In this document: positions 49,287 to 57,758 of the stretch, one piece after another | Position numbering within the stretch: position 1 is the stretch's first letter | How the letters are laid out: each line of letters starts with the position of its first letter | Assembly: GCA_038101125.1 (NCBI GenBank) | Contig: JAYNVZ010000002.1 | Coordinates: 2,353 to 66,352, forward strand | Direction: 5' to 3' | Length of the DNA stretch: 64,000 bases | Source of the DNA: Gammaproteobacteria bacterium | Lineage (GTDB): Bacteria; Pseudomonadota; Gammaproteobacteria; GCA-002705445; GCA-002716945 | The notes under the pieces: model-generated | Database searches by the model: none | What the model was told of the DNA's origin: nothing | The model's input: only the letters and a program-made list of their open reading frames with translations | Made by a program: the position numbers and the translations under genes

Positions 49287-49724
49287 TTATTGTTTTGTTT
49301 TTTTTGAGAGCTCTTGTTGATAAAGAGCATTAAAATCTATAGGCGCAATAAATATGGGAGGGAATCCAGCTTTTTGAATTAGAGATGAAATGGTTTCTCT
49401 TGCATATGGGAAAAGTACTTCGGGGCATCTAATATTTAAAAATCCGTCTTTTAATTCATCATCAGCACCATCAATTATAAACAATCCTGCTTGCTTGAGT
49501 TCAACCATGTAAATGACAGTATTATCAGTTTCAGCTTTTACAGTTATTTCTAAAGTTATATCATAGGAAGTTTCATTTATTTCTGTAATAGTTGTATTTA
49601 GATTGAATGCCACCTTAGGTGTCGATTTAATGTTATCGAATATTGAAGGTGATTCTGGAGATTCCAGTGATAGATCCTTCGTGAATATTCTTTTAACAAA
49701 AAATTTAATTTCTTTTGCTTCCAT
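49287..49724 (-). CDS. secB: Protein-export chaperone SecB
   Basis: 145 aa. The IRCPEVLFPYARETISSLIQKAGFPP block matches SecB CPNILFPYARECITSMV. Confidence 0.85.
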   Translation of the reverse strand: MEAKEIKFFVKRIFTKDLSLESPESPSIFDNIKSTPKVAFNLNTTITEINETSYDITLEITVKAETDNTVIYMVELKQAGLFIIDGADDELKDGFLNIRCPEVLFPYARETISSLIQKAGFPPIFIAPIDFNALYQQELSKKTKQ

Positions 49725-49725
49725 T

Positions 49726-50133
49726 TTATTTTTCTCCCGATAAAGGCATGTTATTTTCTACCCAAGAATTAATTCCGCCTTCTAAATAAAAAACTTCTTG
49801 CACACCTTTGCCAGAGAAGGCTTTTGCGGCCTTTTGGGCATCTGCATCTGATGCAGCATAGGTCACCAAGGTAATCTCATTCTTAGCCTTGTATGACTCA
49901 ATATCATCAAATGAAATATTTTTTGCAGATACAATATGACCCTTTGAATATTCATCATTATCTCTTAGATCAAACAAAGCAATCTTTGTATTATTTAATA
50001 GCTGCGTGAGCTTATCATGATTAATTGGCTTTACTTTTCCAAATAGTAGCTTTGATTCTAAACTAATTATTAAGAATAATAATATTACTAGGGCTATAAA
50101 TAAAATTATATTGTCTGCAATAAATTCTAGCAA
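49726..50133 (-). CDS. Membrane-anchored rhodanese-homology-domain protein (YibN-like), cysteine-free
   Basis: N-terminal TM then a rhodanese fold. The position of the catalytic Cys loop reads VTYAASDAD, and the protein contains no Cys at all. Confidence 0.6.
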   Translation of the reverse strand: MLEFIADNIILFIALVILLFLIISLESKLLFGKVKPINHDKLTQLLNNTKIALFDLRDNDEYSKGHIVSAKNISFDDIESYKAKNEITLVTYAASDADAQKAAKAFSGKGVQEVFYLEGGINSWVENNMPLSGEK

Positions 50134-50146
50134 TTTTCTACTCTTT

Positions 50147-50494
50147 TTATTTTGGGTGCGAACAGAATACTTCGCGCATCATTTCAATTAATTTTAATGT
50201 TTTAATATCACTTACCTTATAGAATACTTTATTAGCTGATTTCCTTGCAGATAAAATTCCCTTGTCTCTAAGTATTGCTAGGTGCTGAGATATGTTACTT
50301 TGCGAAGTTCCTACATTATCAACGATATCTTGTACGCTAAATTCATCTTCTCCTAATTTACACAAGATCATTAAGCGTAATGGATGAGACATTGCCTTCA
50401 AGGATCTTGAAGCTGTCTCTACATCATCTTGAACTTGTTGTTCTAAATGCGACAGGTTATCATTAGTATTATTTTCTAGATTTTCAGTTTCCAT
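50147..50494 (-). CDS. ArsR/SmtB-family transcriptional regulator of the BigR/SqrR (persulfide-sensing) type
   Basis: 115 aa winged-HTH protein (HPLRLMILCKLGEDEFSVQDIVDNVGTSQSNISQHLAILRD). It has only two Cys, at positions 45 and 111, the same 66-residue spacing as SqrR C41/C107 and BigR C42/C108. Confidence 0.65.
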   Translation of the reverse strand: METENLENNTNDNLSHLEQQVQDDVETASRSLKAMSHPLRLMILCKLGEDEFSVQDIVDNVGTSQSNISQHLAILRDKGILSARKSANKVFYKVSDIKTLKLIEMMREVFCSHPK

Positions 50495-50592
50495 AGTTGG
50501 TATTTATATTTATTAATATATACCTATATTAGACAAAACTAATAAGATAATAAAGGAATAAAATGGTATTATTAACTTAATATAAATATTAT

Positions 50593-51786
50593 ATGAACAT
50601 TCATTTAAAAAAAGTCCAATTTAGCCTAATTATCATAATATTGATAAGTAATATCGGCTTGCCAAATAATAATCTAAATTCATCAGAGAGAGTCCCTGCT
50701 GAAAATATTGAACAGTTTGTGGATGTCTTCAACAGAATTAAGGAACAATATGTGGATGATGTAGATGATGAAACACTATTCAAGGCTGCAATAAAAGGAA
50801 TGGTTTCTGGCTTAGATCCACATTCATCTTTTCTTACGAATGATGACTTCAATGAACTCAAGATTGGAACAACTGGTAAATTTGGAGGACTAGGTATAGA
50901 AATAACCACAGAAGATAGTTTCGTTAAAGTTATCACGCCTATAGATGACACCCCTGCTAAAAAAGCTGGCATTGAAGCTGGAGACATAATTATAAAAGTC
51001 GATGACAAATCCTTAAAAGACATGGATATTGGAGAAGCTGTTAAACTTATGAGAGGTGAGCCGGGTACAAATGTTCAAGTAACAATTCTAAGAAAAAAAG
51101 TTAGTAAACCTATAGTTATTGACCTTGTGAGACAAATCATTGTATCGAAAGGGATTAAGACAAAGATATTTAATGAGGATATTGCATATCTTAGACTTTC
51201 TAGCTTCCAAGCAAATTCTACGAATGATTTGAAAAGCGCCCTTTATTCACTTAAAAAAAATACTGATAAAGAACTTGCTGCTATTATTTTAGATCTAAGA
51301 AATAACCCTGGAGGTGTTCTAGGTTCAGCTGTAGGAATTACAGACTTGTTTTTAAAAGAGGGAAAGATTGTTTATACAAAAGGAAGAACCCTTAATTCTA
51401 AACTAGAATATAAAGCTACTGCTCAAGATATTTCAAGTGGTTTGCCATTAATAGTAATGATAAACGAAGGTTCTGCTTCGGCATCAGAAATTGTAGCAGG
51501 CGCATTACAAGATCACAAACGAGCTAAAATTGTTGGAACTAAATCTTATGGGAAAGCATCTGTTCAAACTATACAAGAGTTATCAGATGGTTCTGCTTTA
51601 AAATTAACAACTGCTAGATACTATACGCCATTTGGCAGGGATATTCATACTCAGGGTATAGAACCTGATATAGAAATAGAAAGGGAGACTGACAAAGATG
51701 TAAAACTCCCAGAGCCATATGATAAGGATAATCAATTATTTGAGGCTATCAAAATAGCTGCTAATATGAAAGCTGCTGCACTATAG
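50593..51786 (+). CDS. ctpA: Carboxyl-terminal processing protease (S41, PDZ)
   Basis: Signal peptide, PDZ domain (GIEAGDIIIKVDD), and an S41 catalytic region with the Ser/Lys dyad (GSASASEIVAGALQD...KSYGKAS). Confidence 0.85.
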   Translation: MNIHLKKVQFSLIIIILISNIGLPNNNLNSSERVPAENIEQFVDVFNRIKEQYVDDVDDETLFKAAIKGMVSGLDPHSSFLTNDDFNELKIGTTGKFGGLGIEITTEDSFVKVITPIDDTPAKKAGIEAGDIIIKVDDKSLKDMDIGEAVKLMRGEPGTNVQVTILRKKVSKPIVIDLVRQIIVSKGIKTKIFNEDIAYLRLSSFQANSTNDLKSALYSLKKNTDKELAAIILDLRNNPGGVLGSAVGITDLFLKEGKIVYTKGRTLNSKLEYKATAQDISSGLPLIVMINEGSASASEIVAGALQDHKRAKIVGTKSYGKASVQTIQELSDGSALKLTTARYYTPFGRDIHTQGIEPDIEIERETDKDVKLPEPYDKDNQLFEAIKIAANMKAAAL

Positions 51787-51799
51787 ATTTTACTTACTC

Positions 51800-52807
51800 A
51801 TGTTTAAAACTACTAAGCTAATATGGATATTACTGGTAACAATTTTAATATCAGGGTGCACAAGCAATAAAAAAAATCCATGTGATAACTCATCAAAAGT
51901 TTATGAAACAATAAATACCGAGTCTAATAAACAAATATGTTTTGAATCAGTAGATAGTTATGATTTAAATTATAATGGCAAGCCAAATATAATTATATAT
52001 GGCAACTTAAGTTTTCCTAAAGTCAAAAAAGATAAATATGATGCAGTAATTTTGTCACATGGTTCGGGTGGTGTTAGAAAATATCATAAAGCCTATGTTG
52101 AGTTACTCAATGACAATGGTTATGTAGTATTTCAACTAGATCATTATAAAGCAAGAAACATAAGATATGATAAAACATTTTCAAAAGTGTCTGGCATAAC
52201 ATTTATGAATGATGCATATAAAGCATTAAAATTGATTAAGAGTCATCCTAAGATAAATAAAGTATCATATATCGGTTGGTCCCAAGGTGGCGTAGGACCC
52301 ATACTTTCCCACTTTAAAAAAGTTACTGACTTAGTTGACAATGGTAGAAATATTTTTGATTCGAGTATTGCTATATACCCTTATTGTGGATTTACATTTG
52401 ATAAAGACTCTATATTAAATAATCCTTTATTAATGTTGACAGGTCAGGATGATGATTTAACACCAGAAAGGGCTTGTATTAATATATATGAAAAATTTAA
52501 TCGAGATGATGGCAATATCAATCTCATTTCGCTAGAGGGAGCAAGGCATGGATATGATAACCCATTTTTGTTTTTTGGTTTTGAATTCGAAAACTATCCG
52601 AGTCTTCATATAATTAATGATGACTGTACACTAACTGTTTCAGACAATGGCGAAATTATGTCTTTGTCAAATCAAAAAATTACAGGACCAAAAGAATCAG
52701 CTGCAAAACTAGCAGAATGTTCAACAAAAGGTGTATTCGTGAAATATAGTCCTCATGCTACTGAGGTTACGTTTAAAGAAATAATTAAGTTTCTAGAAAA
52801 AATCTAG
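51800..52807 (+). CDS. Alpha/beta-hydrolase (dienelactone-hydrolase-like) lipoprotein
   Basis: Lipobox LISGC, a nucleophile elbow GWSQGG, and a distal Asp/His. Confidence 0.55.
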   Translation: MFKTTKLIWILLVTILISGCTSNKKNPCDNSSKVYETINTESNKQICFESVDSYDLNYNGKPNIIIYGNLSFPKVKKDKYDAVILSHGSGGVRKYHKAYVELLNDNGYVVFQLDHYKARNIRYDKTFSKVSGITFMNDAYKALKLIKSHPKINKVSYIGWSQGGVGPILSHFKKVTDLVDNGRNIFDSSIAIYPYCGFTFDKDSILNNPLLMLTGQDDDLTPERACINIYEKFNRDDGNINLISLEGARHGYDNPFLFFGFEFENYPSLHIINDDCTLTVSDNGEIMSLSNQKITGPKESAAKLAECSTKGVFVKYSPHATEVTFKEIIKFLEKI

Positions 52808-53241
52808 GCGCTGAAATCTTTAAGCATTTTTTGAATTTCTATACTATGAATCTCTTCCGTTTTGATCATTTCACGGCCATATTCTTCCAAATATATGCTT
52901 TCTCCATTAACCTCATTGACGAGGTCCTTATATAATGAAACTGCATTTTTTTCATGAGCCGCACTTTCGTTCAGCAGTTCAATAGAATTATGTTTATTTG
53001 ATTCATCAATGATAGATATTTCTAAAGATGGATGTCCACCTAATCCAGTAACTAACTCACCAGCTTGTTGTGCATGAAGTAGAGACTCAGTTGCTTGTTC
53101 TTTAAAAAATTGTGTCAGACTCAAGCGATCCCTTCCAGTTACCATCAAAGCGTAATGTGTATATCTCACTACGCCAGAAAGCTCATATTTCATGATTTCA
53201 TTTAGGATATTTATAACCTTATCTTTGTTTTTTATAGACAT
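52804..53241 (-). CDS. bfr: Bacterioferritin-like ferritin-fold protein
   Basis: 145 aa four-helix-bundle pattern with E/H di-iron ligands (ELSGVVRYTHY..., HAQQAGE..., EEIHSIE). Confidence 0.65.
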   Translation of the reverse strand: MSIKNKDKVINILNEIMKYELSGVVRYTHYALMVTGRDRLSLTQFFKEQATESLLHAQQAGELVTGLGGHPSLEISIIDESNKHNSIELLNESAAHEKNAVSLYKDLVNEVNGESIYLEEYGREMIKTEEIHSIEIQKMLKDFSA

Positions 53242-53328
53242 GATTCATCATAGCAATATCTATTTAAATAGTAAAATCATCTTATAAATAATATAATATG
53301 ATAATGATAATTACTCTTAGTAGGATTT

Positions 53329-53640
53329 ATGAAGATGAATAAGTTTCTAATATTATTGTTAGTTTTAAGTTTTACCCTGCCTCAGGTCATTGTTGCTGAC
53401 AATGTTTCAAGGCCAAGTGCAAATAATAAAATGAATATCTCAAAGAAAACATTAGATGAAAAAGAAAATTCTTTTTTTAGTCGATTACTAAAAGGGGACT
53501 TCGATTATGGTTCTCCAGAAAGTGGCAATGAAAATATTATTAAACAAATTAAGATGCTATCAGATTTAAAGAACGATGGCATACTTACTCAAGTTGAGTT
53601 TGATGAAAAAAAGAAGCTTTTATTGGATAAGATGAAATAG
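53329..53640 (+). CDS. Secreted small protein with C-terminal SHOCT domain
   Basis: Signal peptide. The C-terminus LSDLKNDGILTQVEFDEKKKLLLDKM matches the SHOCT consensus. Confidence 0.4.
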   Translation: MKMNKFLILLLVLSFTLPQVIVADNVSRPSANNKMNISKKTLDEKENSFFSRLLKGDFDYGSPESGNENIIKQIKMLSDLKNDGILTQVEFDEKKKLLLDKMK

Positions 53641-53665
53641 CCCCGAAGCAAAAAAGGTACGAATA

Positions 53666-54547
53666 GTGAAGAAGAAACTTGGTATTATAGGCGGCAGTGG
53701 CTTATATGATATTGATGAATCTATCAAGTCCATTTGGGAAACTATAGATACTCCTTGGGGCAAACCATCAGACCAAGTGCTTACCTTAAAATTTAAGACA
53801 CATGATATATGTTTTATTCCACGACATGGAAGGAATCACACTATCTCGCCATCAAATATTAACTACCGTGCCAACATAGATGCGCTCAAACAAAAAGGTG
53901 TTACAGATATAATTTCAATATCTGCTGTAGGTTCCCTGAGAGAAGAGTTGCCACCTGGGTACTTTGTACTAGTTGATCAATTCATTGATCTGACAACTAA
54001 TAGAAAAAAAACTTTTTACGATGAAGAAATTATTGCTCATGTATCAATGGCTCATCCCACTAGTATTGATTTGATTGAACTTTGTTGTAAGTCTCTAAAA
54101 AAACAAAATATTAAGTATATAAAAGGAGCAACGTATGTTGCTATTGAAGGGCCACACTTTTCTAGCAAAGCTGAGTCAAATCTTTACAAATCATGGGGAG
54201 CAGATATTATTGGTATGACAAATATGCCTGAGGCAAAATTAGCTAAAGAGGCAGAGATGAGGTATTGCTCAGTAGGCATGGTAACTGACTATGATTCATG
54301 GAGATTTAAAGACGACCATATTGATATCGATTCGATTTTAAAAACATTATCAGACAACACCATCCTTGCAAAGAAGATGGTTAAAGATATTATTGATAAT
54401 CTTGACTTAAGTGTGAATGGCAATGATGATACTCATAGATGTTTAGATACAGCAATAATAACACCGCGTGATAAAATGACTGAAAAGACAATGAATAAAC
54501 TTAAAACTATTGCGGGTAGAGTATTGTTCAACAACAATCTAGATTAA
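53666..54547 (+). CDS. mtnP: S-methyl-5'-thioadenosine phosphorylase / purine nucleoside phosphorylase family
   Basis: N-terminus KLGIIGGSGLYDI and PNP/MTAP family collinearity. 293 aa. Confidence 0.75.
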   Translation: MKKKLGIIGGSGLYDIDESIKSIWETIDTPWGKPSDQVLTLKFKTHDICFIPRHGRNHTISPSNINYRANIDALKQKGVTDIISISAVGSLREELPPGYFVLVDQFIDLTTNRKKTFYDEEIIAHVSMAHPTSIDLIELCCKSLKKQNIKYIKGATYVAIEGPHFSSKAESNLYKSWGADIIGMTNMPEAKLAKEAEMRYCSVGMVTDYDSWRFKDDHIDIDSILKTLSDNTILAKKMVKDIIDNLDLSVNGNDDTHRCLDTAIITPRDKMTEKTMNKLKTIAGRVLFNNNLD

Positions 54548-54583
54548 TGATTTTGTGCGATAGTTTTTTGTGGCTCAACTAAT

Positions 54584-55162
54584 ATGTGTGGAAGATATAC
54601 TCTAAAAAATAAAGATGCAGTTAAGGAATTATATGGTATAGATATAAAGCCAAATTATAATGTTGCCCCATCATCGGAAGTTATTGTTTTGTCAAGCGGA
54701 CCAAATATCATGAAATGGTCATATTCCCCAAGCTGGGCAAAAAAACCTATGAATATAATTAATGCAAGAGTTGAAACCCTAGATGAAAAACCATCTTTCA
54801 GAGAATCTAAAAGATGTGTTTTTATAACAGACGGTTGGTATGAGTGGAAGAGGTGGTTTGACTGGGAGAGAAGAGAGAATAAAAAAGTCCCCTATTATCA
54901 TACGAATAATAATAAGATTATACATATTGCTGGCATATACAATAACAATGGATGTGCCGTGATTACCGAGCAGGCAGATAGTAAGTTTAAAGAGATTCAT
55001 CACAGAAAACCTGTGCTTCTAAATGACAATGAGATTAAGGTATGGCTTGAAGGCGATATAGTTAGAAATAGTAAATTGTCGAAAGATATAGAAATATTCA
55101 GAGTAAATAGCTATGTTAATTCAGTAAAAAATAATGATATTAAATGTATAGAGCGAACATAA
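54584..55162 (+). CDS. yedK: SOS-response-associated peptidase (SRAP/YedK), abasic-site processing protein
   Basis: MCGRY N-terminus (catalytic Cys2) and conserved Glu/His downstream. 192 aa. Confidence 0.8.
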   Translation: MCGRYTLKNKDAVKELYGIDIKPNYNVAPSSEVIVLSSGPNIMKWSYSPSWAKKPMNIINARVETLDEKPSFRESKRCVFITDGWYEWKRWFDWERRENKKVPYYHTNNNKIIHIAGIYNNNGCAVITEQADSKFKEIHHRKPVLLNDNEIKVWLEGDIVRNSKLSKDIEIFRVNSYVNSVKNNDIKCIERT

Positions 55163-55284
55163 TGGTTTTTATAATATGGCTTGGGTTAGTGATTATCTGG
55201 AATTATGGAGTCCCGCTTGCCTCACCAGGAGAAGATGTTTTAGTAGCTGTATTATTATCTATATTTTCTATGGTTGTGAACAGA

Positions 55285-55686
55285 TTATTTGTTAAGTGAC
55301 TCCTCAAGCTTAGATTCTAGATTTGAATCGTAAAGTTTGCACTGTGCGTACAATATCTTATCTTTAAATGGTACATTATATATTAAAGACTCAGAGTTAA
55401 TGTAAGAATGATATTTGCCACAACCATTGGCTAAACTATCTAATGAAATTAGTACCCTATCATCAATTGTCTTATAACAATGTAACGTTTTTTTAATAAA
55501 GTTTTTTCCATTACTGCTAATGAGTATATTGTACTTAACTACCTCAATATTGTTCATAAAAACAAAACCACCCTTAACTGAATGACTCTGTGTACTACAT
55601 AAAAAGCTTTTATGCTCATAATTAGACGCATAAGTACTAGATGATATCGGTAAGAATATTAACACAAAAAAAAATATGACTGGCAT
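55285..55686 (-). CDS. hypothetical secreted protein (133 aa)
   Basis: N-terminal signal peptide. No motif. Confidence 0.3.
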   Translation of the reverse strand: MPVIFFFVLIFLPISSSTYASNYEHKSFLCSTQSHSVKGGFVFMNNIEVVKYNILISSNGKNFIKKTLHCYKTIDDRVLISLDSLANGCGKYHSYINSESLIYNVPFKDKILYAQCKLYDSNLESKLEESLNK

Positions 55687-55689
55687 TAG

Positions 55690-56079
55690 TTAATCCTTGA
55701 TATTAAATTTGTCCCATCCATTATTTTTTTTAAACTCGTCTAATTCTTGATCATATTTAACAAATTCTTTATAGGCAGGATCGTTATGTGAATCTGGATT
55801 ATCACGATTAATTGAAAAGTGTGCAGCGCTTCGCTTTTTACATATCTGGGTATATGCATTCTTACCAAGAGCATCTAAACTAACATAAAACTCTTCACAT
55901 TGTTCCAGAGCACCTTTGCCAACGATACTTCTATCCTTGACAGTTAATCTTCTAAAGCTTCCTGTGAGCTCTTTAACCTGACTTAATGACCATGAGTCCC
56001 CAAGTTGATTTTTAAGATCTCTCTCTTTTCTGAGTTGATTATCCCAGTCGATAACTCTTTTTGAGCTGATTTTATTCAA
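55690..56079 (-). CDS. hypothetical protein (129 aa), TTG start, preceded by coupled 25-codon leader ORF
   Basis: The ORF runs from TTG at 56079. A hydrophobic 25-aa mini-ORF (56072-56149) with a perfect SD overlaps its start by 8 nt. Confidence 0.3.
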   Translation of the reverse strand: MNKISSKRVIDWDNQLRKERDLKNQLGDSWSLSQVKELTGSFRRLTVKDRSIVGKGALEQCEEFYVSLDALGKNAYTQICKKRSAAHFSINRDNPDSHNDPAYKEFVKYDQELDEFKKNNGWDKFNIKD

Positions 56080-56263
56080 TTTTATTTTTCCTTAAAAGCA
56101 CAACAAATAACCAAATTAAGAATAAAAATACAATAATAGATAGTATCATAAATATCCTCCTTATTTCAGTATGACCCTAATCAACTTTTTTACAAGATTG
56201 ATTTTGAGAAAATAATGATAATAAATAATCACTATTTCGCTTTAATACTAACAGATTAATTGG

Positions 56264-56665
56264 TTAGTCATTTTTGCGTACATACTTTTGTTTTGAAGGA
56301 ATAATACCTCTGACACCACCCCTTGGGTTTTCAATATCACCATTTCTCCTTGGGAATAAATGAATGTGTAGGTGAAAAATAGACTGTCCTCCATCCTTAC
56401 CATCATTGGCGCCAACATTAAATCCTGTCACAGTAGGATCGATCTCTCGAATTTGATCTCGCTGACTTTTTAGGATACTGAATACTGCTGCTTGCTCGTC
56501 TTTATTCATATCAAAATAAGAAGCAAAACATCGTCTTGGAATTATAAGTGTGTGTAGAGGTGTTACAGGATAACTGTCTCTAGTTGCTATAAAAAATTCG
56601 TTTTGATCAACAATTTCTTTTTCATAACCAGGCTGTTGTATTTTGCAAAATAAACAATCAATCAT
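56264..56665 (-). CDS. HIT-family (histidine triad) nucleotide hydrolase
   Basis: HLHIHLF histidine-triad motif. 133 aa. Confidence 0.75.
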   Translation of the reverse strand: MIDCLFCKIQQPGYEKEIVDQNEFFIATRDSYPVTPLHTLIIPRRCFASYFDMNKDEQAAVFSILKSQRDQIREIDPTVTGFNVGANDGKDGGQSIFHLHIHLFPRRNGDIENPRGGVRGIIPSKQKYVRKND

Positions 56666-56934
56666 TATAGTAAAACTCCATGTTGTATATAAGTTATTGT
56701 TGGCATATTAATTAATGCCATTAATATTGGCGATGTCAAGATGCCTAAAATGGAAAAAAGTATTCCGAGTGTGCCAGCTAAATATTCATGCTTAGTGATT
56801 GCCAGTATACCAAAAATAAACGCAAGAGGGCTAAATATAAATGATAAAATAAAAACTCCTACAAACCCAAAAATTATACTTAAGGTTCCATAATTTTGGA
56901 CTGATTCTCTAATAATAATTTTTTCTTTATCCAT
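56665..56934 (-). CDS. hypothetical small membrane protein (89 aa)
   Basis: Two to three predicted TM helices. It overlaps the HIT gene start by 1 nt. Confidence 0.3.
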   Translation of the reverse strand: MDKEKIIIRESVQNYGTLSIIFGFVGVFILSFIFSPLAFIFGILAITKHEYLAGTLGILFSILGILTSPILMALINMPTITYIQHGVLL

Positions 56935-56942
56935 AATTAGCT

Positions 56943-57152
56943 TTACTTATAATGTTTCCGTCTATCAGAGAATAACTTGACCCTCTTCCTCCAGTGTTTA
57001 TAAGAATTATGCGTAATGTTTTTTTTCATTATCTTCTTAACACTGTCCTCAGATAACCCATATTGCTCCTTAATAGATGAAAAACTAACGTCATCAGATA
57101 ATGCCATCTCAATAATTGCACTAATATCTGTTTCTGTTAAATCTTTATCCAT
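56943..57152 (-). CDS. small conserved hypothetical protein (69 aa; DUF2805/TIGR03643-like)
   Basis: Basic C-terminus WRKRVKLFSDRRKHYK. The family assignment is from memory only. Confidence 0.25.
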   Translation of the reverse strand: MDKDLTETDISAIIEMALSDDVSFSSIKEQYGLSEDSVKKIMKKNITHNSYKHWRKRVKLFSDRRKHYK

Positions 57153-57157
57153 GATCT

Positions 57158-57604
57158 TTATAATGACCCTTCTATAACGTACTTCAATATTCTAACAACC
57201 TGATGTTGATCTTTTGCTACTGCTACTGCAGATGCATCAACCTCTTTTAAAGCATGTTGATGATCATCGCTATGTATTACTATTATTGACTTACTAAGTG
57301 CCGAGGCATACCCAGCATCAAATGCTGCATTCCATTGTTTATATTTTTCCCCAAATTTTACAATAACTACATCACTTTCTTTAATAGCTTTTTTAGTTCT
57401 AATAGAATTGATACTTGCTCCTTTATTATCTTTCCAATAATTATTTTCTTCGCCACCAAGAATCTCTACACCACAGTTGTCGGATGATTCATGATCTGTA
57501 TTTGGTGATGAAAAATTAATCGAAAGATCTTCACTTTTACAAAGCTTGATTATTTCATCTCTCCAGTCAGTATGTATTTCTCCTGACAAATATACATTTA
57601 ACAT
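57158..57604 (-). CDS. YtoQ-family protein (nucleoside 2-deoxyribosyltransferase-like fold)
   Basis: 148 aa. The N-terminus MLNVYLSGEIHTDWRDEI resembles the YtoQ family signature. Confidence 0.4.
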   Translation of the reverse strand: MLNVYLSGEIHTDWRDEIIKLCKSEDLSINFSSPNTDHESSDNCGVEILGGEENNYWKDNKGASINSIRTKKAIKESDVVIVKFGEKYKQWNAAFDAGYASALSKSIIVIHSDDHQHALKEVDASAVAVAKDQHQVVRILKYVIEGSL

Positions 57605-57758
57605 TTATTTCTCCTTAGCTAATTAGATTTTGATCAGTTAGTCAATATTTTGGTTTGACATAATTTTTCGTCGACAAAATACTATTCTATTACAATTTGT
57701 TACAATTTTAACAAATGTCCTATGTTTATACTATGATTATAAATAATACATACTATAG

